A stretch of DNA of 64,000 bases from Thermoleophilia bacterium (lineage in GTDB: Bacteria > Actinomycetota > Thermoleophilia > Gaiellales > JAICJC01). The DNA lies in assembly GCA_025927685.1 (NCBI GenBank), contig JAICKX010000001.1:13974-77973 (forward strand). Direction: 5' to 3'. Below are positions 35,461 to 44,738 of the stretch, piece by piece; position 1 is the first letter of the stretch, and every line of letters begins with the position of its first letter. The position numbers and the translations under genes are program-made. The notes under the pieces were generated by a model. It was not told the DNA's origin and made no database searches. It saw only the letters and a list, made by a program, of their open reading frames with translations.

Positions 35461-36690
35461 GTGGACGCCTTCGCCCCGCTGGGTGACAGGGACTTCCGGC
35501 TCTACTTCGTCGGCGAGGTCCTGTCGATGGCGGGGACGGGGCTCCAGACCGTCGCACTCGGGTGGTATCTGCTCGAGCGCACGGGCTCGGCGACGTCGGT
35601 CGGCATCGTCTGGGCGGTCGGCCTCGGCTCGGGGATCGTGATGCTGCCGTTCGCGGGCCCGCTCGCCGACCGCTACCCGCGCCGCACGCTGACCGTCGCC
35701 TCGGACGCCTACCGGCTCGTGCTCGTGGCAATCATGGCGATCCTTGCCTACGCCGGCTCGCCATCGCTTCCGGCCCTGTACGTGCTGACGTTCCTGGTCG
35801 GGCTCGGGCACAGCGTCTTCTGGCCCTCGATTACCGCGCTCCTCCAGGAGGTGATCCGGCCGGACCAGCTGACCGCCGCGTCGGGCCTCGCGGAGATAAC
35901 CTGGCAGGCCGGGAACCTGACCGGGGCCGCGCTCGGCGGGCCGATCCTGGTCGCCTTCGGGCTGGGGACGGCGTTCGCCGTCGATGCCGCGACGTACGCC
36001 GTGTCGGCCGCGGCCCTGCTCGCCCTCCACCCCCGGCCGGCGCCGGCCGAGGGGCCGCATCCTTCGGGGCTCGCGATGGCGCGGGACGGGCTCGCCTACC
36101 TCGCCCGACACCCGGCGATCGCCGGCTTCGGCGTCGCCAGCGTGATCCCGTGGGTGGCGACGATCAGCCTGAACGTCGTGATGGTGGCCTACGTGCTCGA
36201 CATCCTGCACCTGAGCGCGACCGGCTACGGCCTGGCGGACATGACGTACGGGTTCGGGGCGATGGCCTCCGGCGTGCTCGCGGCCCTGCTCGTGATGCGG
36301 GTGGGGGAGTGGCGCACGATGGCCGGCGTCCTGGTCGCCCTGATCGCCTGTTACACGGTCATCGCGGCCACGCCGGCCGCCGTGCCCGTCTTCTACGTCG
36401 TGCTCTTCCTGGCGGGGTTCTGCTCGTCGGGGTTCCGGGTGGTGACGACGGCGTACCTGTTCAAGGTCGTCCCGAACGCGGTGATGGGGCGGACGTCATC
36501 GTCGTTCCTGCTCATCTCGATGGCGCTCCAGGTGGTCGTCACGCTGTCGGTCGGGCCGCTCGTGAACCACACGAGCGCGCGGGGCGGGTTCGTGCTCCTG
36601 GCGGCCATCGTGGCGGCCGGGCTGGCGCTCCTGGCGGCCGTCGCGCCGGCGCTTCGGCGCGCGCCGCTGTCCGCCGTTGAGACCGCCTGA
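35461..36690 (+). CDS. MFS transporter
   Basis: 409 aa with about 12 TM segments. FRLYFVGEVLSMAGTGLQTVALGWYLL is typical of MFS_3/EntS-like exporters. Confidence 0.85.
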   Translation: MDAFAPLGDRDFRLYFVGEVLSMAGTGLQTVALGWYLLERTGSATSVGIVWAVGLGSGIVMLPFAGPLADRYPRRTLTVASDAYRLVLVAIMAILAYAGSPSLPALYVLTFLVGLGHSVFWPSITALLQEVIRPDQLTAASGLAEITWQAGNLTGAALGGPILVAFGLGTAFAVDAATYAVSAAALLALHPRPAPAEGPHPSGLAMARDGLAYLARHPAIAGFGVASVIPWVATISLNVVMVAYVLDILHLSATGYGLADMTYGFGAMASGVLAALLVMRVGEWRTMAGVLVALIACYTVIAATPAAVPVFYVVLFLAGFCSSGFRVVTTAYLFKVVPNAVMGRTSSSFLLISMALQVVVTLSVGPLVNHTSARGGFVLLAAIVAAGLALLAAVAPALRRAPLSAVETA

Positions 36691-36704
36691 TAGCGTGCCG
36701 CGGC

Positions 36705-37064
36705 ATGCCGCTCGTGCACGCGGTGGTGGGCTCCCTGCTGATCGCGGCGAACACGGTCGCGGCGGTCTGGGGGTACGCCGCGTACCGCCGCAACCGTCCC
36801 CCGGGGACGGCCTACCGGCATCTGCTGGCAGCCGCCCAGACGCTCGTGGTCGGCCAGGCCACGCTCGGGCTCATCCTGCTCTCGCAGGGCGACGAGCCGG
36901 GCGACTCGCTGCACTTCATCTACGGCCTGCTCCCCCTCCTCGCCGTGGCGTACCCCTATGCTTTGAGGGGTGACGACGGACGACGGAACCTGCTCCTCTT
37001 CACGATCGGCTCGGCGCTCGTCGCGGCGCTCGGCGTGCGCGCCTTCATGACGGGGCCCTCCTGA
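36705..37064 (+). CDS. Hypothetical membrane protein
   Basis: 119 aa, four hydrophobic segments. A TAGCGT box lies 8 nt upstream of the ATG. Confidence 0.6.
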   Translation: MPLVHAVVGSLLIAANTVAAVWGYAAYRRNRPPGTAYRHLLAAAQTLVVGQATLGLILLSQGDEPGDSLHFIYGLLPLLAVAYPYALRGDDGRRNLLLFTIGSALVAALGVRAFMTGPS

Positions 37065-37441
37065 TGACGCGCGACAGCATCCGCGGCTTCCTGATCATCG
37101 TCGGCGTCGCGATCGTGGCGACCGTGTTCTTCAACGTCTCCCAGCGGATCTTCGACATCGTGCTGGGGACGCTCAGCCTGCTCTTCATCGTCATCATGTG
37201 GTACTTCGGCTACAGCTGGTACCGCTCGAACCGGATGGCGATCTCGCTCATGCCCGACCGGCAGCGCAACGTGCTCTACCTGGGGATGGGCGCCGTGACG
37301 GTGGCGTTCGGGTGCTACTCGATCGACGCCTTCGGGCTCGTCGACCTGGGGAGCCTGTTCCCGCTCCTCGTGATCGGCGGGCTGGCCGGGGCGTTCGCCA
37401 TGTTCTGGGCCGTGCAGGAGTCGAAGCGGTACTACCTGTAG
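37064..37441 (+). CDS. Hypothetical membrane protein
   Basis: 125 aa, 3-4 TM segments. The start overlaps the upstream stop (TGATG). Confidence 0.65.
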   Translation: MTRDSIRGFLIIVGVAIVATVFFNVSQRIFDIVLGTLSLLFIVIMWYFGYSWYRSNRMAISLMPDRQRNVLYLGMGAVTVAFGCYSIDAFGLVDLGSLFPLLVIGGLAGAFAMFWAVQESKRYYL

Positions 37442-37450
37442 CCCCCGGTT

Positions 37451-37786
37451 CTAGGCCGGCCGCACGATCTCGACGACCTCCGCGATGCCGACGATCCGCG
37501 GGCCCTGGAGCATCGGGATCGCCTCGCCCGGCCGCACGTCGCTCCACGCCTCCCACTCGGAGGGGCGGATGCGGACGACGCCGGTCTGGCCCGGCCCGAT
37601 CAGGCCGTCGCCCTCGACGGTGACAGGCGCGCGCCCCAGGAGCCCGTCGCCCGAGAGCCGCTGGCCGATACCCCAGTTCGGCCGAGCGCCGTCGGCAACG
37701 CCTGCCGGCGGCCCGCCGTGCTCGACGGCGACGACCCGCAGCCGCGCGCGGACATACCCCGGCGATGGCTCCTCGGGACCGGACAC
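37451..37786 (-). CDS. Hypothetical protein
   Basis: 111 aa, good GC3, no family recognised. Confidence 0.5.
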   Translation of the reverse strand: MSGPEEPSPGYVRARLRVVAVEHGGPPAGVADGARPNWGIGQRLSGDGLLGRAPVTVEGDGLIGPGQTGVVRIRPSEWEAWSDVRPGEAIPMLQGPRIVGIAEVVEIVRPA

Positions 37787-37925
37787 GACGCCCTGACTCT
37801 ACGCCCGAGCTCGCGGACGGCGCCGCTGACCATCCGATCGCGGCATCACAAACCCGCCCCAAAAGGGTGATCTTCGTGAACGCACACCTTGCTTCCGCCC
37901 GCGTGGCCGCGTACCGTCGGAGCAG

Positions 37926-38618
37926 ATGTCCTTCCAGAGAATGGCAGGAGAGCGCACCAGGGCCGAGCGGATCCAGGCCGCGCTGGTGGCGCATCCCGAG
38001 ATCCGCGAGATCGCGCTCCAGACCAACGACCGCCTGTTCGACGAGGCGGCCGAGAGGTTCGCGGCTGCGCTCTTCCCGGGCGTCACGATGCGGCTCGAGG
38101 TCGCGCATGCCGTCGGCGTCGTCGCCGCGGGGTCGGTCAACTCGCGAGCCGGCGACGACCACTTCCGGGCCGCCCGCGAGGTGGTGATCGCCGGCTACAT
38201 CTGGCGGATGTGCGAGCTCGACCCCGAGCTCGTGCGCCGGCGCGCCGGCCGCGCCACCGACGCGCCCCCCGAGGCGCCCGCCGCCGTGCGGTTCCGCGAG
38301 CTTCGCCAGGCACGGCCCGACGAGTGCTCGACGACGCTGGTGGCAGAGGTCGCGACCGAGGCGGTCGAGGCCGGCGACGCCCTCCACCTCCAGTCGCCCG
38401 GCGGGCCCGCGTTCGGCCGCAGGTTCCTCGGCCGCGGCGCGGCGCTCTCCCGTGCGACCGTCCCCGCGGCGGCGCGGCTCGACGCCGCCGAGCACGACGC
38501 GCTCTTCGTCGCCGGCGTCTGCCTGCGCGACGTCGAGCCGGCCCTGGCCGGCGAGTCGCCACCCGAGCGCGTCCACGTCGGCATCACGCCGGCGGCCCCG
38601 GCGCGGCCCTCGCCCTAG
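37926..38618 (+). CDS. Hypothetical protein
   Basis: 230 aa, high GC3 throughout, no family recognised. Confidence 0.6.
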   Translation: MSFQRMAGERTRAERIQAALVAHPEIREIALQTNDRLFDEAAERFAAALFPGVTMRLEVAHAVGVVAAGSVNSRAGDDHFRAAREVVIAGYIWRMCELDPELVRRRAGRATDAPPEAPAAVRFRELRQARPDECSTTLVAEVATEAVEAGDALHLQSPGGPAFGRRFLGRGAALSRATVPAAARLDAAEHDALFVAGVCLRDVEPALAGESPPERVHVGITPAAPARPSP

Positions 38619-39004
38619 ACCAGCGCGACGACCTCGATCTCGACCAGCGCCCCGGGCAGGGGGATCTTCGCGATCTCGATGGCGGACCGGGCCGGGAACG
38701 GCTGCGGCACCCGCTCCGCATACACGGCGTTCATCGCGGCGAAGTCGCCGATGTCGTCGAGGAACACTGTCGTCTTCACGAGCTTGTCGAGCCCGCTTCC
38801 GGCCTCGGCGAGGATGGCCGCGAGGTTGTCGAAGCAGCGGTGGGCCTGCTCGGCGATCCCGCCCTCTACGAGCTTCCCCGTCGCCGGGTCGATCGGCACC
38901 TGCCCGGACACGAACACGAGCCCGTTGGCGACGATCGCCTGCGAGTAGGGGGCGCCGGCGACCGGTGCCGGGGCGCCGTCGGTGCGCACGGGCGTCTTCG
39001 TCAT
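38615..39004 (-). CDS. ridA: RidA/YjgF-family reactive-intermediate deaminase
   Basis: APYSQAIVANGLVFVSGQVPIDPATGK...VKTTVFL..F..MNAVY...PARSAIEIAKLP pattern. ATGA overlap with the hemQ stop. Confidence 0.88.
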   Translation of the reverse strand: MTKTPVRTDGAPAPVAGAPYSQAIVANGLVFVSGQVPIDPATGKLVEGGIAEQAHRCFDNLAAILAEAGSGLDKLVKTTVFLDDIGDFAAMNAVYAERVPQPFPARSAIEIAKIPLPGALVEIEVVALV

Positions 39005-39750
39005 GCGGGCTCCATCGCGCCGATGGCGGCGCCGCCGAGCGAGCGCAGCGCCTCCTCGACCGAGCACGACATGCAGGTGAAGATCGGCGTGTCGCGCTCC
39101 GTGTAGCGGCTGGCCTCCGTCTCGCGCAGCGCCATCATGAGGTCGAGGAAGTCGCCGACGTGGTCGGTCTCGAAGGCGACGACGAACTCCTGGTCGTCGA
39201 TCCCGAAGGAGTACGTGGTGTTGATCTTCACCGTCGGGAACTGGTGGCCGGTGGCGATGTGCTCGTTCATGATCCCCTGCCGGGCCGGCTTCGAGAGCTG
39301 GTACCAGTCGCGCGTCTTCACCATCGGGTAGATGAGGAGATAGCGCGAGTCGGGGTTCCAGACGATCTGGCCGCGCTTGTGCATCGAGCGGCCCTCGCCC
39401 TTCACGTACTGCGACCGCTTCGTCATCGAGAGGTACGCGTACGGCGTCCGGAGGTAGCCGCCCATCGCGGTCGACATCACGGCCGTCCCGAGCTCGCGGA
39501 AGTCCTCGAGCCGCTCGGACACCTTCCACAGCATGAAGTCGGCATCGGCGCGGACGCCGTGCATCGTGTACGCCCGGATCGGGAAGCGCTCGCCGGCGTC
39601 CTCGATCGCGTTCTGGAGCTCGGCGCGGGCCGCCTCCTGCTCGATCGCCGGCAACCTCCTGAACACCGGGTCGAGAGCGTAGAACGAGAAGTGCACGAAC
39701 TGGCGGTGCTCGCCCGCGCTGTTGTTGGGCGGCGTCTCGACGTCGCTCAT
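39001..39750 (-). CDS. hemQ: Chlorite-dismutase-family coproheme decarboxylase (HemQ/ChdC)
   Basis: 249 aa. FVHFSFYALDPVF, YLLIYPMVKTRDWY and FGIDDQEFVVAFETD are typical of actinobacterial HemQ. Confidence 0.85.
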   Translation of the reverse strand: MSDVETPPNNSAGEHRQFVHFSFYALDPVFRRLPAIEQEAARAELQNAIEDAGERFPIRAYTMHGVRADADFMLWKVSERLEDFRELGTAVMSTAMGGYLRTPYAYLSMTKRSQYVKGEGRSMHKRGQIVWNPDSRYLLIYPMVKTRDWYQLSKPARQGIMNEHIATGHQFPTVKINTTYSFGIDDQEFVVAFETDHVGDFLDLMMALRETEASRYTERDTPIFTCMSCSVEEALRSLGGAAIGAMEPA

Positions 39751-39826
39751 CCTGCGCCGATCGTAGCAGCAGGCTTGTGACGCTTCCGCAACCGTCGGGT
39801 CGTAGTCATGTGACGGGAGCCGGCCG

Positions 39827-39832
39827 TAGCGT
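39827..39832 (+). promoter_or_regulatory. -10-like box TAGCGT, 6 nt upstream of ATG 39839 (leaderless-type)
   Basis: TAGCGT-ggccgc-ATG. Confidence 0.4.
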
Positions 39833-39838
39833 GGCCGC

Positions 39839-40174
39839 ATGTCCCGGTCCGGCTGCGATGAGCGAGCCCAGGCGAGCGTCGAGGTGGTCGCGCTCGTGCC
39901 GGTGCTCGTCCTCGTCATCGCGTGCGTCTGGCAGGCGGCGCTGGCCGGGCTCGCGCTCACCGCCGCCGAGTCGGCCTCGCGCAGCGGCGCGCGGGCGGCG
40001 CTCGTGGGGCGGCCCGCGCCCCCGGCGGCCCTGGCGGCGCTGCCGGCCTCGCTGCGACCGGGCGCAAGCGCGCGGGAGGTCGCCGGCCGGCTGGTCGTCA
40101 CCGTTCGCGTTCCCAGCGTCGTCCCGGGCTTCTCGCCGGAGGTCTCGTCGTCCGCGCCCGTCGTGCGCCAGTGA
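39839..40174 (+). CDS. TadE-like pseudopilin
   Basis: DERAQASVEVVALVPVLVLVI is the TadE-type N-terminus (G/ERGQASVE plus a hydrophobic helix). Confidence 0.75.
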   Translation: MSRSGCDERAQASVEVVALVPVLVLVIACVWQAALAGLALTAAESASRSGARAALVGRPAPPAALAALPASLRPGASAREVAGRLVVTVRVPSVVPGFSPEVSSSAPVVRQ

Positions 40175-40455
40175 ATGACCGCGGCCAGGCGTCGATCGAG
40201 CTCGTGTTCGCCGCAGGGCTGGCGGCCGTCCTCGCCGTGGGCCTGCTCCCGCTCTTCCAGGTCTGGCAGGCGCGGACGACCGCCGAGCGGATCGCCGACC
40301 AGGCGGCGGTGCTCGTGGCCGAGGGGCGGCCCGTTCCGAGCGCCATGACGCGCGGCGCCCATGTGCGGGTGTCCCGCGGCACGGTCCGGGTGACGGTGCC
40401 GGTCGGGCTGCTCGGCCACGAGTTCGAGGTGACCGCGACCGCCCGCGCGTCGTGA
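40171..40455 (+). CDS. TadE/TadF-like pseudopilin
   Basis: GTG 40171 gives VNDRGQASIELVFAAGLAAVLAVGLL. GTGA overlaps at both ends. Confidence 0.7.
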   Translation: MNDRGQASIELVFAAGLAAVLAVGLLPLFQVWQARTTAERIADQAAVLVAEGRPVPSAMTRGAHVRVSRGTVRVTVPVGLLGHEFEVTATARAS

Positions 40456-42233
40456 GGGAGCGCGGCCAGGTCGTCGCCGGGGCGGTCGCCGCTCTCACGG
40501 CGGTCCTGCTTGCGGCCGTCGTCCTGCTCTACCTCGCGCGCATCGGCGCGGGCGGGGCGGAGGCGCAGACCGCAGCGGACGTCGCGGCGCTCGCAGCAGC
40601 ACGGGCTCTGGCGGCCGACCCGGACGCGCCCCCGGCCGCCGCGCGAGCCGCGGCGGCATCGGCGGCCCGGGCCAACGGAGCGCGCCTGACCGGCTTCCGG
40701 ATCGAGCGGACAGGCTCGGTGGCGACCGCCGTCGACGTCGAGGTCGCGGTCGCCGTCGCGGGCACGCTGCCCGTCGTCGGACAGGAGCGCCGATCGGCGG
40801 CCGAGCGGGCCCGGGCGGGCATCGCCTACACCGCGACGCTGCCCGAGCGCGACTTCCGGCCGGTCGACCTGCACGGCGCCCAGGGGCCGCCGGCCGCGGT
40901 CGCGGCTGCCGAGGCCCAGGTCGGCTGGCCGTACGTGTGGGGCGGCGAGAGCCGCGCGGAGGGCGGCTTCGACTGCTCGGGCCTGATCGACTACGCCTAC
41001 GCCGTGGCCGGGGTCAGCCTGCCCGGGCGGCCGACGGCAGCGGAGCTCTGGCGCCTGTCGTCGCCCCTTCCGGCGGAGGCCGCCCTTGCTCCCGGCGACC
41101 TGGTCTTCGTCGGCGCGGCGTCGGGTGCGCCCCACCACGTGGGGATGTACGTCGGTGGAGGCACGGTCGTGGCCGCGCCCCACAGCGGTGCCGAGGTGCG
41201 CTACGAGCCGCTCGCGGCCGGTGGGTGGGACGGGTTCGGCCGGCTCGCCGGGCCCCCGCTGCAGGGCCGCCTGCCGGACCCGGCGATCGAGGCCGCGGCC
41301 CGCCGCCACCAGGTGCCGGCGCACGTCGTGGCGGCCGAGCTGACGCTCGGCATCGCCGATGATCCCGAGGCGGCCGCGCTGCGCCTGGCCGTCGCCCAGC
41401 GCCGCCATCCCGGCGATCTGGAGGCCGCGCTCGCCGACGCGCTCGGCGACGCGTCGCTCGCGGCGGCCGTCCTCCGGCGCGGGTCGGGGCCGGGCCTGGA
41501 GGCGGGCGCCGCGGTGCGCCTCCTGCCGATCGCCGCGCCGCTCGCGGCGGGAGCTGCCTCGCCGCTTCACGCTGAGCCGCTCCCGCTGCCGATCGCCGGC
41601 GACGAGGGCGCCGGCCACGGCTGGATCGCCCGGCACGCGACCGAGATGGTGAGCGGTGCGCAGCACGTCGCCGACCACCTGGAGGAGACGCGCGGCAGGA
41701 TCGGCTTTCAGGGCGCCGCCGGACTGAGGACCGTCGCCCGAGCCGGGCTGGTCGGCCTCGCCAGCCTGCTGCCGGAGGAGTGGGAGCGCGACCTCTCGGC
41801 GGCCACGGGCAGCACGTGGGACGCGGTGGAGGCGGTGGCGGGAGCGGCCCGCGGCGGCATGCCGCTCGGGCCGTTCGGGATCTGGGCGGCGCGGTTCACC
41901 CTGGCGGGCACGCTGCTCTTCGCGGCGTCCAGCTACCTGGCCGCCCGGCGCGCGACCCGCCGGGACGAGTGGGTGGTCGCGGTGGTGCAGGGCGCGGGCT
42001 ACGGGCTGAACGCGGCGGGGCTCGCGACCGCCGGGAGCGGGCTCCTGACGGCGGGCGTGGGAACCGCCGAGATCCCGCCCGTCGGCCTCGTGCTGCTCGC
42101 GGCGGGCTCCAGCCTGCTCGTCACGTCGTACGCCTACCGGCATCGCTCGGCCATCGAGCGCGCCGTGGACGCCGTCGGGACCGCCGCGCGCAGCACCCTG
42201 CACGCCGCGTTCGACGCGGTCAACCCGTTCTGA
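40452..42233 (+). CDS. TadG-like N-terminal domain fused to an NlpC/P60 (C40) peptidoglycan peptidase and a C-terminal membrane domain
   Basis: The N-terminal TM plus AQTAADVAALAAARAL is Tad (PF13400)-like. The middle region has WPYVWGGESRAEGGFDCSGLIDYAY...HHVGMYVGGG..AAPHSG (Cys-His-His P60 triad). The C-terminal ~150 aa have 3-4 hydrophobic segments. Confidence 0.75.
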   Translation: MRERGQVVAGAVAALTAVLLAAVVLLYLARIGAGGAEAQTAADVAALAAARALAADPDAPPAAARAAAASAARANGARLTGFRIERTGSVATAVDVEVAVAVAGTLPVVGQERRSAAERARAGIAYTATLPERDFRPVDLHGAQGPPAAVAAAEAQVGWPYVWGGESRAEGGFDCSGLIDYAYAVAGVSLPGRPTAAELWRLSSPLPAEAALAPGDLVFVGAASGAPHHVGMYVGGGTVVAAPHSGAEVRYEPLAAGGWDGFGRLAGPPLQGRLPDPAIEAAARRHQVPAHVVAAELTLGIADDPEAAALRLAVAQRRHPGDLEAALADALGDASLAAAVLRRGSGPGLEAGAAVRLLPIAAPLAAGAASPLHAEPLPLPIAGDEGAGHGWIARHATEMVSGAQHVADHLEETRGRIGFQGAAGLRTVARAGLVGLASLLPEEWERDLSAATGSTWDAVEAVAGAARGGMPLGPFGIWAARFTLAGTLLFAASSYLAARRATRRDEWVVAVVQGAGYGLNAAGLATAGSGLLTAGVGTAEIPPVGLVLLAAGSSLLVTSYAYRHRSAIERAVDAVGTAARSTLHAAFDAVNPF

Positions 42234-42242
42234 CGGCCGCGC

Positions 42243-42764
42243 CTACGCCGTCGCGCCGGCGGTGACCGGCGCCACGACCTGTTCCACCGCGCCGGTGTGG
42301 ACGTCGTAGATGTAGCCCGACACCGGGATCGAGGGATCGATGAACGGCGTCTGCAGGATCCGGTCGACGTCGTCGCGGACGCTCTGCTCGAGGTCCGGGA
42401 ACGGCAGGAAGTCGATGCCCGACGCGTCCTCGCCGGTCTCCTGCTTCAGCTTCGCCTGGAGGTGGTCGTTCGTGAACGTGAGCATCCCGCACTCGGTGTG
42501 GTGGATGACCGCGAACTCGGCCGTGCCGAGCAGGCTCGACGAGATGATGAGCGACCGGATCGCGTCGTCGGAGGCGCGGCCGCCGGCGTTTCGGATCACG
42601 TGCGCGTCGCCGATCTCGAGGCCGAGCACCTTCGCCGGGTGGATGCGGGCGTCCATGCAGGTCAGGATCGCCACGTGCCGCGCCGGCGGCATCGGCAGGT
42701 CTCCCTGGGTGAACGAGCCTGCGAACTCGCGGTTTGCCTCGAGCATCTTCTGGATCTCGGACAT
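42243..42764 (-). CDS. Beta-class carbonic anhydrase
   Basis: ILTCMDARI and HHTECGM zinc-ligand motifs. A strong SD GGAAGGAGAAGGG lies upstream. Confidence 0.9.
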   Translation of the reverse strand: MSEIQKMLEANREFAGSFTQGDLPMPPARHVAILTCMDARIHPAKVLGLEIGDAHVIRNAGGRASDDAIRSLIISSSLLGTAEFAVIHHTECGMLTFTNDHLQAKLKQETGEDASGIDFLPFPDLEQSVRDDVDRILQTPFIDPSIPVSGYIYDVHTGAVEQVVAPVTAGATA

Positions 42765-42841
42765 CCCTTCTCCTTCCTCGGGGTGGATGCGAGACTAGCA
42801 TGTTTGGATCCATTCTCGGTGTGGCTACTCTTGCTTCTGAG

Positions 42842-44707
42842 ATGGCCGCCGAGCCCGCATCCGACCGCGCAGAACGCATCGAGGCGCGGCTTTCGGCGCT
42901 GCCGCAGAGCCCGGGCGTGTACCTGTTTCGCGGTGCCACCGGAGACGTGCTCTACGTGGGCAAGGCCAAGTCGCTGCGCTCGCGGGTTCGCTCGTACTTC
43001 CGCAAGGAGGCGTACGCCACGGCCAGGACCGCCGAGCTGGTCGAGCGGATCGACGACATCGAATTCGTGTCGGCCGAGTCCGAGACCGAGGCGCTCTTCC
43101 TCGAGCAGAACCTGATCAAGCGCCACCGGCCGACGTTCAACATCCGCCTGCGCGACGACAAGTCGTATCCGTACATCGCGGTGACGGTCGCCGACGAGTA
43201 CCCGCGGGTGATGTTCACGCGCGAGCGGCACCGCAAGAACGTCCAGTACTTCGGCCCGTACTCGAGCGCGAAGAAGGTGCGCGAGACGCTCGACGTCCTG
43301 AACCGGGTGTTCCCGTACCGGCCCTGCGAGGGGCCGACGCCGGGCCGCCGCTCGGGCGTGCCGTGCCTCGACTACCACATCGGGCGCTGCGCGGCGCCCT
43401 GCGTCGGCTACATCTCGGCCGAGGACTACCGGGCCGTGATCGACTCGGTGATCGAGTTCCTGTCGGGCCGCGTGCGGCCGCTGGAGCGGCGGCTCGAGTC
43501 GGCCATGAAGGAGGCATCGGCGGCGCACGAGTTCGAGGACGCGGCCCGGTACCGGAACCGGCTCATGGCCGTCCGCCATCTGTCCGAGCGCCAGGTCGCC
43601 GACCGCCGCAGCCTCGGCTCGGCCGACATCCTGGGCGTGGCCTGCGGCGAGGACACCGCCAACGTGCAGCTCTTCCACTTGCGCGACGGGCGCCTCTCCG
43701 ACCGGCACGGCTTCTACCTCGAGAATGCGTCCGGGCGCAGCGCGTCGGACGTGCTGTGGGGCTTCGCCCTGGAGTACTACGGCGGCCAGGTCGCGATCCC
43801 GAGCCAGGTCGTGGTACCCCGCTCGCTCGAGGATCCCGACCTGCTCGAGCTCTTCCTCTCCGACCGGCGCGGGTCGGCCGTCGAGGTGCGCTCGGCCCAG
43901 CGCGGCGAGAAGCGGCGGCTGGCCGACATGGCGGCCCGGAACGCGCGGCTGGCGCTCGAGCACGACACCATCCTGCGCGAGCGCACGCGCGCCCGCCGGA
44001 TCGAGGCGCTCGAGGAGCTGCGCGAGCAGCTGAACCTGGAGTCGCTGCCGCTGCGGATCGAGTGCTTCGACGTCTCGAACCTGGGCGAGACCAATCCGGT
44101 CGCCTCCATGGCCGTGTTCGAGGACGCGGTCACGAAGAAGTCCGACTACCGCAAGTTCGGGATCCGCACCTCGGGGCCCGACGACTTCGCGATGATCGCC
44201 GAGGCGGTCAGCCGCCGGTTCGCGCGCATGACCGACATGGACGGCGACCGCTACGACAAGAGCTTCGCCACGTGCCCGAACCTGGTCGTGATCGACGGCG
44301 GCAAGGGCCAGCTCGGCGCCGCGCTGGAGGCTATGGCCGCGTTCGACCTGCCGCGGGTGGCGGTCGTGTCGCTGGCCAAGCGCGAGGAGGAGGTGTTCGT
44401 GCCGGGGCGGTCGGAGCCAATCGTGCTCGACCACCGCTCGGCCGGCCTCCAGCTGCTGCAGCGGGTCCGCGACGAGGCGCATCGCTTCGCGCTCGGCTTC
44501 CACCGCACCCGGCGCGGCCGGGCGGCCGTCGACTCGATCTTCGACAGCCTGCCGGGCGTCGGGCCGGCCCGGCGGCGGCTCCTGATGGAGCGGTTCGGGA
44601 CGGCCGACGCGCTGGTCGGCGCCAGCCGCGACGACCTCGAGTCGATCCCGGGCGTGCCGGCGAAGGTGGGGCGCGAGGTGTACGCGGCGCTGCATCGCAC
44701 CGACTGA
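42842..44707 (+). CDS. uvrC: Excinuclease ABC subunit C
   Basis: GIY-YIG region PGVYLFRGATGDVLYVGKAKSLRSRVRSYF, UvrBC-interaction region, and C-terminal (HhH)2 IPGVPAKVGREVY. An alternative start is ATG 42800. Confidence 0.92.
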   Translation: MAAEPASDRAERIEARLSALPQSPGVYLFRGATGDVLYVGKAKSLRSRVRSYFRKEAYATARTAELVERIDDIEFVSAESETEALFLEQNLIKRHRPTFNIRLRDDKSYPYIAVTVADEYPRVMFTRERHRKNVQYFGPYSSAKKVRETLDVLNRVFPYRPCEGPTPGRRSGVPCLDYHIGRCAAPCVGYISAEDYRAVIDSVIEFLSGRVRPLERRLESAMKEASAAHEFEDAARYRNRLMAVRHLSERQVADRRSLGSADILGVACGEDTANVQLFHLRDGRLSDRHGFYLENASGRSASDVLWGFALEYYGGQVAIPSQVVVPRSLEDPDLLELFLSDRRGSAVEVRSAQRGEKRRLADMAARNARLALEHDTILRERTRARRIEALEELREQLNLESLPLRIECFDVSNLGETNPVASMAVFEDAVTKKSDYRKFGIRTSGPDDFAMIAEAVSRRFARMTDMDGDRYDKSFATCPNLVVIDGGKGQLGAALEAMAAFDLPRVAVVSLAKREEEVFVPGRSEPIVLDHRSAGLQLLQRVRDEAHRFALGFHRTRRGRAAVDSIFDSLPGVGPARRRLLMERFGTADALVGASRDDLESIPGVPAKVGREVYAALHRTD

Positions 44708-44738
44708 ACTTCGGCTCGGGCCGCGGCGTCAAAGTGGT

